DNA of 64,000 nucleotides from Hydrurus foetidus (lineage: Eukaryota), in assembly GCA_900617105.1 (NCBI GenBank), contig UYFQ01000001.1:2356001-2420000 (forward strand), given 5' to 3'. The position numbers and the translations under genes were made by a program. The notes below the pieces were generated by a model. The model saw only the letters and a program-made list of their open reading frames with translations. It did not search any database and was not told where the DNA came from. Shown here piece after piece: positions 43,692 to 51,658 of this stretch (the first letter of the stretch is position 1; each line of letters starts with the position of its first letter).

Positions 43692-44002
43692 TCAGTAAGT
43701 AATGCTCATTGCCGCCACATCTACATGCACCACCGGCTTGCCCAGTGCGGCGCTGGCGGCCCGGCAAATTCTTGGGACCACTTTGCCTCACTGAACTTGG
43801 CCAGCCCAGCGGCCTGCGCCACCACCAAAACCTTGTCAGCCGTCAGTAGCTTGCCGGTGGGGCGCAGCGGCTCGCAGCACATCTGGGTGAACTGGTCGTC
43901 CAGCCACCAGCGGGCCACGTCGTGCGGCATGGGCTGCGCCTCGTTTAGGTCAATTCGCACGGGCGACGCGCCCTTGAAGCTGATACTGACTTCGCTACGC
44001 GT
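43692..44002 (-). pseudogene. Frameshifted small hypothetical gene
   Basis: (ACG)RSEVSISFKGASPVRIDLNEAQPMPHDVARWWLDDQF...QEFA, then a frame change near 43762 gives AASAALGKPVVHVDVAAMSITY*. Confidence 0.6.
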
Positions 44003-44139
44003 AGGTGGCTCTAGATGGGTTTAAGTGGCCTGGTGGTCGGCGAAATAGCCATCGGCGGGCAATCCTCGCAAACCCTCTGCCGTACTGATGCGAATGCTTA
44101 CCCCGCCCGCCTTACCTAGGCCGCGATAGACTTCATTCC

Positions 44140-44802
44140 ATGCGCGCCCCTCCTCATATTCCAGGAATTGTCATCCACGAGAAAGCTGAAGCCCTTCACG
44201 TTCAAAGCTCAGGGCTGTTGACGACGCTCTCATCTTCGTTCTTCGGGGGCGGATTCCGGCGGGTTCGCCACATCCTTAACGCCAACGTGGCTGAAAATTA
44301 CTGTTCAAACAATCCGGCCGCCGACTTACGGGCCATTGCTGCTCGCTGCGGCGTAAGCGATCCATTCGTCGGGCTTCTCACCGCTGTCCAGTTACATAAA
44401 GCACGCATTTCGTTTGCAGAGCAGGCAGATGTGCGTGTTGGGGCGCTTATTACCGCAGGGGTCAGTAACGCCACTTGCGCGGGCGTCTCGCTGCCTTGCC
44501 AATCCACGGCGGGCACGATCAATATCATTTTGTTGCTGAATGCAAAACTCACCAGAGCAGCCATGTTGAACGCCATCGTGACCGTGACCGAAGCCAAGTC
44601 TGCCGTCCTGCACGAGATGAACGTTCGCACACCTGATGGAGCGCTCGCCACCGGAACCTCTACCGATACAGTGACAATCGCCATGACGGGTGTAGGTCCC
44701 ACACTACCCTACGCCGGGCCCGCCACGATTGTGGGTTGGTTAATTGCTAAAACTGTGCGCCAGGCGTTACAACAATCGCTATCAACGCCATCGGCTGTGT
44801 AG
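44140..44802 (+). CDS. cbiZ: Adenosylcobinamide amidohydrolase-like protein
   Basis: LSSSFFGGG, VGLLTAV, TAGVSNA, GTINIILL, TEAK and ATGTSTD motifs typical of CbiZ. Confidence 0.85.
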   Translation: MRAPPHIPGIVIHEKAEALHVQSSGLLTTLSSSFFGGGFRRVRHILNANVAENYCSNNPAADLRAIAARCGVSDPFVGLLTAVQLHKARISFAEQADVRVGALITAGVSNATCAGVSLPCQSTAGTINIILLLNAKLTRAAMLNAIVTVTEAKSAVLHEMNVRTPDGALATGTSTDTVTIAMTGVGPTLPYAGPATIVGWLIAKTVRQALQQSLSTPSAV

Positions 44803-44846
44803 CCCTGCTCAATCGCAGATGCAATTGACTGCCGCATGAAAACTTG

Positions 44847-45017
44847 TCAACTCGCTTTGAGCCCGGCACAACGAGCCCCGCGCCGCGCCATCACCGCTCT
44901 AGATAACACCTCTAGCGCCGTCAGAGAATCGTCCCACCATAAACAAGCATCGGTGATGCTCTTGCCGTATTCGAGTTTGCTAGCGTCGCCTTTGCCGGGG
45001 GTGAATTTTGGGGTGCC
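44847..45017 (-). pseudogene. Displaced duplicate of the aroG 3' end
   Basis: Translates GTPKFTPGKGDASKLEYGKSITDACLWWDDSLTALEVLSRAVMARRG...; 44947-44972 is identical to 47591-47616. Confidence 0.92.
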
Positions 45018-45090
45018 AAGATAAAAAACAGCACTTAAATTCTTTAATTGCCAGCATGTTAATTTCTATTAAATTTTAAATGTTTAAATA

Positions 45091-45708
45091 ATGACAGTTG
45101 GGCAAACCGAAAACGCACTTGCGACTCTTGGCCAGCACATTGCAAAAGAACGCCTAAAGCAAAACCTGACGCAGTTGGCACTCGCAGCTCGCGCCGGGGT
45201 GGCGTACAGTACGCTTCGCAAAATCGAATCCACCGGGCAAGGCGCTTTAGGCCGCTAGGCTGAAATTTGGCTGGCCTTGGGGCAGCTTGATCGACTGCCT
45301 TTTTCGGGGGCGGTGGCATCGCCGCAACAGTCGCGCCCTGAGCGCAAACGCACACGCACGGCTAGAGTCGTCACCCAAGTGATGTCCCCGGCCCAACCAG
45401 CAATTGCGCACCCGTCACAAAAGCTTGGTCTCGATTTTCCGTACGACTGGTCGAACCTAGCAATTAGCGACACAGCCTTGATTGGCAAAGTACTAGATAA
45501 AGCCCGATTCATGGATGTGTCCAGAACCTTTGCACACTACGGCCACGAGCGGGTTGAGCGCGCCGCCACAGACTTGGGCATCGACCTAACAAGTGGCGTG
45601 CTGGGCAGCTTGATGCCTGGCATCCAACGTGGCCTGGCAAGTCGCGACGGCTCGTGTTTAAAACCCATAGCCTGCCAGCGCCGACGCAGTCGGTTTTTCA
45701 TGCGCTAG
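45091..45708 (+). pseudogene. XRE-HTH antitoxin-like protein interrupted by an in-frame TAG at 45256
   Basis: LGQHIAKERLKQNLTQLALAARAGVAYSTLRKIESTG..GR*AEIWLALG, same frame continuing to FPYDWSN..ISDTALIGKVL..RFMD. Confidence 0.75.
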
Positions 45709-46415
45709 CAAGTAACGACCTAGCCACAGGCTTTTTACTGATCGGCCGTACAGCGCTGGCACCGCATATTGCGCATCGCCTGAGCAATGACCTGGACTTT
45801 ATTTTTTGCGAACGGCACGGCAAACTGCCCACAGCCCGCATAGATGCGCTGATCAAATCCCTTCGCGATCAAGGCTGCAAGGCTGATTTGGTGATCGATT
45901 CAGCGCAAGAGTCGGCTTTTCGCATCACCTCGGGTGAGCGTTTCTCAAGCTATGCCCGTGACTGCAACATCGACGGCGTGAAGGTCACATTTTTTGCAGC
46001 CAACTCTAATGAGCAACCCAAGCGATTTGCTTTTTGGCAAAGCTGCACACGCGACTTGCAAAAGGGCTGCGCATTTGCCGTGCTGTCACTAGACGCACTA
46101 AAAACCGCCAAAACCCTGGTGTTGCAAGACCGTGTCCGCTCACGCGATTTATTTGACCTGATGGTGTTGATGCGCGATCACAACTTCACGATTGAAGCTT
46201 TTTTTGACACCATCGAACGCTTGGCAGACGGCACGCAAGACGGAGAAATGGAACGCCTGATCTTGCGCGGGCTGATACCGCTGGACAAACGCGACGAGGG
46301 ACTGGATGCCGCTGGCGTGGGTGTTTCGATGAAAGAGGTTTACGCGTTTTTCGATAGCCGCCTAACCGACTACGAAGCCCAAGTGCATGCCGCCCATCTG
46401 CGTGATGCACGCTGA
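45654..46415 (+). CDS. AbiEii/DUF1814-like nucleotidyltransferase (type IV TA toxin-like)
   Basis: IGRTALAPHIAHRLSNDLDF (family pattern GGTAL..HR.S.DLDF) and K..RVRSRDLFDL. Confidence 0.82.
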   Translation: MFKTHSLPAPTQSVFHALASNDLATGFLLIGRTALAPHIAHRLSNDLDFIFCERHGKLPTARIDALIKSLRDQGCKADLVIDSAQESAFRITSGERFSSYARDCNIDGVKVTFFAANSNEQPKRFAFWQSCTRDLQKGCAFAVLSLDALKTAKTLVLQDRVRSRDLFDLMVLMRDHNFTIEAFFDTIERLADGTQDGEMERLILRGLIPLDKRDEGLDAAGVGVSMKEVYAFFDSRLTDYEAQVHAAHLRDAR

Positions 46416-46450
46416 TTTTGCGCAGCAGCAAGTCGGTCTACGATCTGTTC

Positions 46451-46500
46451 ACTATTTAATTGATAGCTGCTGACGATTATTCCGATTGGTCTGAAGGCTA
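46451..46500 (-). repeat. Family A repeat (degenerate), reverse orientation
   Basis: actatttaattgatagctgctgacgattattccgattggtctgaaggcta. Confidence 0.6.
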
Positions 46501-46703
46501 TTTTTTATATTGAAAGACTTGACCCGCTTCGCCGTGACCCCGCTTCCTCGCGCGCAGACAGACTTACTTTTGCCAGAGGTAATCCAGCATTCAAAGATCT
46601 GGTACTGTCTTCAAAGTTTCTGCTCACTAAAGCACGCTGCGTTTTGGCGTAAGGCGTGTGTTGTGCGGACTGCCGCCGCTACCTTACTAAAGTCCCAAGC
46701 GGT

Positions 46704-47171
46704 TTACTTCAGCACTTCGATAGTAATTTTTCGGCTAAAAACCACCACATTTTCTCCAGCCTTTGTTTTTAGAAAGGGGCGGTGCTGCGAATCGGCGAAT
46801 ACCAGCTGCAAGCTGTGACTTCCGGGCGGCAATTCTAGAACTGCCTCAGTTTGCCCAGCACCAAAGTGGCGATATTTGTCAGAAAAAGGAATCGGCTTGT
46901 TCAGGTCCGACGGCAGAGGCGTGTTGATCAAAAGGTGGTGGTGGCCAGTAGACGGCAGATCAACGCCCGCTGGTGCAATGCCAATGCGGGTAAGCCCAAA
47001 CAAAACGCGAAACGGCGACCGAACTTTGTCGCCATCTTTCAAGTTAACAAAATAAACCTCTGGAGCCAAACCAGCCGGAGGAACTAAAAATCTATCACCG
47101 CTTGTCTCGGCTATCGTCGATGAGGTGTGGAGCGCTAAAAGTGCGCATCCAACCACAATAAAACTTTTCAT
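46704..47171 (-). CDS. DUF4399-domain exported protein
   Basis: Signal peptide; APAG..TGHHHLLI and HFGAGQTEAVLELPPGSHSLQL motifs. Confidence 0.85.
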   Translation of the reverse strand: MKSFIVVGCALLALHTSSTIAETSGDRFLVPPAGLAPEVYFVNLKDGDKVRSPFRVLFGLTRIGIAPAGVDLPSTGHHHLLINTPLPSDLNKPIPFSDKYRHFGAGQTEAVLELPPGSHSLQLVFADSQHRPFLKTKAGENVVVFSRKITIEVLK

Positions 47172-47414
47172 TTAATGCAACCTGGTGTTACTGACCGCTT
47201 TAGATGATAGTCTGGTTTTAGCAAAAATGCCCAAATCAGAAGATTGAGGCCACAGAAATTCGGGCCATCTCTTTCGACGGATAGAGGGTCACAAAAAGAA
47301 AACGGAAAAGTTCGGTTTCAGCGCCGACCTGAAAATCAGGCGCGAAAACAATGCCGATTGCGAAAAGACTAGATCTGACTCCAAATAAGCCAAATTCAAG
47401 CACTAAAAAGATCT

Positions 47415-47458
47415 TTAGCTCAATAGATACGGGCGCGAACAGCTACTGAATACATAGC
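47415..47458 (+). repeat. Family A repeat
   Basis: ttagctcaatagatacgggcgcgaacagctactgaatacatagc. Confidence 0.82.
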
Positions 47459-47478
47459 GTTTTAGAGCAAACTGACCT

Positions 47479-47520
47479 CTCTAACCTCTAACCTCTAACC
47501 TCTAACCTCTAACCTCTAAC
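47479..47520. repeat. Heptamer tandem repeat (CTCTAAC)x6 overlapping the aroG stop
   Basis: Six perfect units counted; GTTAGAG on the coding strand. Confidence 0.95.
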
Positions 47521-48627
47521 CGCTCGCCGCGCCTCTACGGCTTTCGACAGCACCTCCAGCACCTCCAGCGAATCCCCCCACGCCAGGCACGCATCGGTGA
47601 TGCTCTTGCCGTATTCAAGTTTGCTCGCATCGTCTTTGCCAGGGGTGAATTTTTGCGCGCCGGGGTTTAGGTGGCTTTCAATCATCAGGCCGAAGACTTG
47701 TTTTGACCCGCCGCTGACTTGACCTGCGATGTCACGCGCTACGTCGAGCTGCTTTTCATGCTGCTTCGACGAATTGGCGTGGCTGCAGTCGACCATCAGC
47801 GTGGCGGGCAGTTTGGCTGCTGCTAGTTCCTTGCAGGCGGCTGTCACGCTGGTTGCGTCGTAGTTGGGGGCTTTGCCCCCGCGCAAAATCACGTGGCAAT
47901 CGGGGTTGCCGTTGGTTTGCACCACCGCGACCTGGCCGTTTTTATGCACTGACAAAAAGTGGTGGCCGCGCGCTGCGGCTTGAATCGCGTCGGTGGCGAT
48001 GCGGATGTTGCCGTCGGTGCCGTTTTTGAAGCCAATGGGTGCAGACAAACCCGAGGCGAGTTCGCGGTGAACCTGGCTTTCGGTGGTGCGTGCGCCAATT
48101 GCGCCCCAGGCAATCAGGTCGCCAATGTATTGCGGCGAGATCACATCTAGAAACTCACTGCCTGCAGGCAAACCCAAGCGGTTGATGTCGATCAGCAACT
48201 GGCGGGCGATGCGCAGGCCTTCGTCGATGCGGTAGGTTTCGTCCAGGTACGGGTCGTTGATCAAACCCTTCCAGCCCACCGTGGTGCGGGGCTTTTCAAA
48301 GTAGACGCGCATCACGATTTCCAGCGTGCCGGCGTACTTTTTGCGCTGCTCTACCAGGCGGCGTGCGTATTCAAGTGCAGCTGCGGGGTCGTGAATCGAA
48401 CACGGGCCCAGCACCACCAGCAGGCGGTCGTCAGTGCCGGCAATGATGTTGTGAATGTTTTTGCGGGTGTGGGTGATCAACGTTTCAACGGGGGTGCCTT
48501 GAATCGGGAAAAAGCGGATCAGATGCTCTGGCGGTGGTAACACGGTGATGTCCTTGATGCGTTCGTCGTCGGTTTGGCTGGTTTTGTCGACGGGCGCATA
48601 CCAGGTGGGGGTGGCTGAATTGGGCAT
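47509..48627 (-). CDS. aroG: Class I-alpha DAHP synthase
   Basis: GPCSIHD, RVYFEKPRTTVGWKG, IGARTTESQ.HRE, DCSHANS and KSITDAC motifs. Confidence 0.96.
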   Translation of the reverse strand: MPNSATPTWYAPVDKTSQTDDERIKDITVLPPPEHLIRFFPIQGTPVETLITHTRKNIHNIIAGTDDRLLVVLGPCSIHDPAAALEYARRLVEQRKKYAGTLEIVMRVYFEKPRTTVGWKGLINDPYLDETYRIDEGLRIARQLLIDINRLGLPAGSEFLDVISPQYIGDLIAWGAIGARTTESQVHRELASGLSAPIGFKNGTDGNIRIATDAIQAAARGHHFLSVHKNGQVAVVQTNGNPDCHVILRGGKAPNYDATSVTAACKELAAAKLPATLMVDCSHANSSKQHEKQLDVARDIAGQVSGGSKQVFGLMIESHLNPGAQKFTPGKDDASKLEYGKSITDACLAWGDSLEVLEVLSKAVEARRAVRG

Positions 48628-48674
48628 CAGAGATTTCCTTCTAAAAACTAAAACTGGAACTGAATGAAGAGAGC

Positions 48675-48706
48675 AAAAAAAAACCGCCGGGTGTCCGGCG
48701 GTTTTT
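48675..48706 (-). terminator. Attenuator terminator in the aroG 5' leader
   Basis: Minus strand ACCGCCGG-acac-CCGGCGGT running into a T9 tract, 48 bp upstream of the aroG ATG. Confidence 0.9.
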
Positions 48707-48730
48707 GAAAGATTCGAGCGTTATTTGGGG

Positions 48731-48805
48731 TTACGCAAAATTCTCTCTACCGCCTGAAGCGCTTGAGAACCAAAAGTAACCAAAATAAAACGACGCGATG
48801 TACAT
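48731..48805 (-). CDS. Aromatic-rich leader peptide (24 aa) of the aroG attenuator
   Basis: MYIASFYFGYFWFSSASGGRENFA*: 8 of residues 2-13 are Phe/Tyr/Trp. Confidence 0.85.
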   Translation of the reverse strand: MYIASFYFGYFWFSSASGGRENFA

Positions 48806-48854
48806 GGCTGAAAATGTAGCACAGGTTAGAAAGTGGCCAATAAATCGTGCGGCT

Positions 48855-50387
48855 TCAGGCTGTGCCGCCCACCGTCAAGCCATCAATCCGCAGCGTCGGC
48901 TGGCCCACGCCCACCGGCACGCTTTGGCCTTCTTTGCCGCAGGTGCCGACGCCGCTGTCAAGCGCCATGTCGTTGGCAATCATGCTGACTTTTGTCAAGC
49001 ATTGCGGACCGCTGCCGACAATCGTTGCGCCTTTGACCGGGTACAAAATTTTGCCGTTTTCAACCCAATAGGCTTCGCTAGCTGAAAACACAAACTTGCC
49101 CGAAGTAATGTCGACCTGGCCGCCGGCAAAGTTGGTGGCGTACAGCCCTTTTTTGATGCTGGCAACGATTTCTTGCGGGTCTTTGTCGCCACCCAGCATG
49201 TAGGTGTTGGTCATGCGCGGCATGGGCGTGTGGGCGTAGCTTTCGCGGCGGCCGTTGCCTGTGGGTTTGACGTTCATCAGGCGCGCATTCAATGAGTCTT
49301 GAATGTAGCCCTTCAAAATGCCGTCTTCAATCAGCACATTGCGCTGGCTGGCGTTGCCCTCGTCGTCAACGTTGAGCGACCCGCGACGGTCCGCGATCGT
49401 GCCGTCATCCAGCACCGTTACGCCCTTGGCGGCCACGCGCTGGCCAATTTTGCCGGCGAAGGCGCTGGAGCCCTTGCGATTAAAGTCGCCTTCGAGCCCG
49501 TGGCCAATGGCTTCATGCAGCAAAATGCCGGGCCAGCCAGAGCCTAAAACCACCGTCATTTCGCCAGCCGGTGCGGGGCGTGCTTCAAGGTTGGTTAATG
49601 CAGCTTTTACTGCGTCGTCAACATACTGGCCGATTTGCGCATCATCGAAATACGCCAAGCCAAACCGGCCACCGCCGCCGCCTGAACCCATTTCACGCCT
49701 GACCACACCGCCCACTTTTTTCTCGGCAAAAACCGTTACCGACAAGCGCACCAGCGGGCGAACATCAGCGGCCAGTGTGCCGTCTGCGCGGGCGACCATC
49801 ACCACGTCGTATTCGCTGGCCAAACCGGCCATCACTTGCACAATTCGGGGGTCTTTGGCTTTGGCCAGTTTTTCAACTTTTTCGAGCAGCTTGACTTTGG
49901 CTGTGCTGCCCAGCGTGGCAATCGGATCAAGGTCAGCGTACAACGAGCGGCTGTTGGCAATTTTGCGAGCAGGTGTTTTTACCTTGGCCGATTTGCCTGC
50001 ACCTGAAATGCTGCGGACGGTGCGGGCCGCGTCGAGCAAAGACGCTTCAGAGATGTCGTCAGAATATGCAAATGCGGTTTTTTCGCCGCTGACGGCACGC
50101 ACACCGACGCCTTGGTCAATGCTGAAGGAGCCAGTTTTAACAATGCCTTCTTCTAGGCTCCAGCCTTCGCTGCGGGTGTATTGAAAATACAAGTCGGCGT
50201 CGTCAGCACCTTGCGACGTGATCTCGGCCAGTGCCCGGCCCAAATGTGCTTCGGTCAGCCCAAACGGCGCCAGCAGCAAACTTTTGGCGATTTCAAGCCG
50301 GCCCGCCGTTGATTCGGCATTTGGCCGCGCTGTAGACGATTGGATGGACAGATTGAGAGCAGAGGCAGTAGAGCGGAGGGTAGTCAT
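48855..50387 (-). CDS. tldD: Metalloprotease TldD
   Basis: LLHEAIGHGLEGDFNRK, PRMTNT and CGKEGQSVPVGVGQP motifs. Confidence 0.95.
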   Translation of the reverse strand: MTTLRSTASALNLSIQSSTARPNAESTAGRLEIAKSLLLAPFGLTEAHLGRALAEITSQGADDADLYFQYTRSEGWSLEEGIVKTGSFSIDQGVGVRAVSGEKTAFAYSDDISEASLLDAARTVRSISGAGKSAKVKTPARKIANSRSLYADLDPIATLGSTAKVKLLEKVEKLAKAKDPRIVQVMAGLASEYDVVMVARADGTLAADVRPLVRLSVTVFAEKKVGGVVRREMGSGGGGGRFGLAYFDDAQIGQYVDDAVKAALTNLEARPAPAGEMTVVLGSGWPGILLHEAIGHGLEGDFNRKGSSAFAGKIGQRVAAKGVTVLDDGTIADRRGSLNVDDEGNASQRNVLIEDGILKGYIQDSLNARLMNVKPTGNGRRESYAHTPMPRMTNTYMLGGDKDPQEIVASIKKGLYATNFAGGQVDITSGKFVFSASEAYWVENGKILYPVKGATIVGSGPQCLTKVSMIANDMALDSGVGTCGKEGQSVPVGVGQPTLRIDGLTVGGTA

Positions 50388-50560
50388 GCCTGTATTGTAA
50401 GCAGCCACCGGTTTTTGAATGCACTGCGCCGTGCTTGTCCTACGCAAGCCAACGACGAAGCCTTTATGCACGAATCTTAAAAATCCAATACAGTTCAACC
50501 TAGGGTTTTTACTTATTAGCTAGGCGATGCTGGCACTATTAATGAGATTGAACCTTTCAA

Positions 50561-50587
50561 TTGGCACTCGATCAGAGGGAGTGCTAA
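50561..50587. promoter_or_regulatory. CIRCE element (HrcA operator) upstream of rpoH
   Basis: TTGGCACTC-N9-GAGTGCTAA, one mismatch to TTAGCACTC-N9-GAGTGCTAA. Confidence 0.92.
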
Positions 50588-50616
50588 CATTTAGCGCTTA
50601 CAGAAGGAGTTTTGCT

Positions 50617-51561
50617 GTGTCTTATGCTCTTGCTACCCCGAATTTAATGGCCAGCGGCTCAGTTGCCCCCGCCAACCCGTGGTCAATGTTGCCGCCGTTA
50701 GGCAACCTCGACGCGTATATTTCTGCGGTTAACCGCTTGCCCATGCTCACGTTAGAGCAGGAGCAAGCGTTTGCCCGAGAACTGCGCGAAACCAATAATC
50801 TTGAGTCGGCAGAGAAGTTAGTGCTCTCTCACTTGCGTTTGGTGGTTTCAACCTCGCGCAAGTATTTGGGCTACGGCCTGCCGCACGGTGATTTGATTCA
50901 AGAAGGCAATATCGGCCTGATGAAAGCCGTGAAGCGATTTGACCCCGACCAAGGCGTGCGCCTGGTCAGCTACGCGCTGCACTGGATCAAAGCTGAAATG
51001 CACGAGTACATTTTGAAGAACTGGCGCATGGTGAAGGTTGCCACGACCAAAGCGCAGCGCAAGCTGTTTTTTAATTTGCGCTCAATGAAGCAAGGCTTCA
51101 AAGACGACGCCGATGTGGCGACCCACCGCGACACGCTGACCAAAGACCAGATTGCGTCGATGGCTAAAACGCTGAACGTCAAGCCCGAGGAAGTCGTTGA
51201 GATGGAGCAGCGCATGTCGGGCGGCGACGTGCTGCTTGACCCGAGCCCCAGCGACGACGGCGAAGAAGCCTTTGGCCCGATCGCGTTTTTGGTAGATGCC
51301 AGCCAAGAGCCGACGGCCATGATGGAAGCCACCGCGCGGGACAACTTGGCCACCGACGGCATAGCAACAGCGCTGCAGGGGCTGGATGACCGCTCACGCC
51401 GCATTGTTGAAGAACGGTGGTTAAAAGTAAATGACGACGGCTCAGGCGGCCTTACGCTGCATGACCTGGCAGCGATTTACGGCGTAAGCGCCGAGCGCAT
51501 TCGCCAGATTGAAGTGGCGGCAATGAAAAAAATGCGCAAGACGCTGGCTGAATTTGCTTAA
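50617..51561 (+). CDS. rpoH: RNA polymerase sigma-32
   Basis: RpoH box QRKLFFNLR, DLIQEGNIGLMKAV and VSAERIRQIE; GTG start with an AGGAG RBS. Confidence 0.96.
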   Translation: MSYALATPNLMASGSVAPANPWSMLPPLGNLDAYISAVNRLPMLTLEQEQAFARELRETNNLESAEKLVLSHLRLVVSTSRKYLGYGLPHGDLIQEGNIGLMKAVKRFDPDQGVRLVSYALHWIKAEMHEYILKNWRMVKVATTKAQRKLFFNLRSMKQGFKDDADVATHRDTLTKDQIASMAKTLNVKPEEVVEMEQRMSGGDVLLDPSPSDDGEEAFGPIAFLVDASQEPTAMMEATARDNLATDGIATALQGLDDRSRRIVEERWLKVNDDGSGGLTLHDLAAIYGVSAERIRQIEVAAMKKMRKTLAEFA

Positions 51562-51579
51562 CCTAGCCAAGTGAAAACT

Positions 51580-51616
51580 AAAAAACCAGTCGCTTGCCAG
51601 CAGACTGGTTTTTTTT
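51580..51616. terminator. Bidirectional intrinsic terminator between rpoH and sco
   Basis: A6-ccagtc...gactgg-T8. Confidence 0.8.
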
Positions 51617-51658
51617 CGCCCTGACTTTTTTGCATTAGGTCAGTGATGCTGAATTCGA

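Noticed and set aside
44003..44139. Cobalamin riboswitch upstream of cbiZ
   Set aside because: No recognisable B12-box or conserved GGGAA/GCCACTG elements by eye; an Infernal search would be needed.
41408..45258. Amber (TAG) recoding or pyrrolysine, suggested by two in-frame TAGs
   Set aside because: Core genes here (pilH, chpA, cyoE, the Fe permease, aroG) end normally at TAG, no pyl genes are present, and neighbouring genes show other decay. Nonsense mutations are the simpler explanation.
50501..50515. Imperfect palindrome TAGGGTTTTTACTTA between tldD and rpoH
   Set aside because: A single short instance that cannot be assigned to a regulator from this window.
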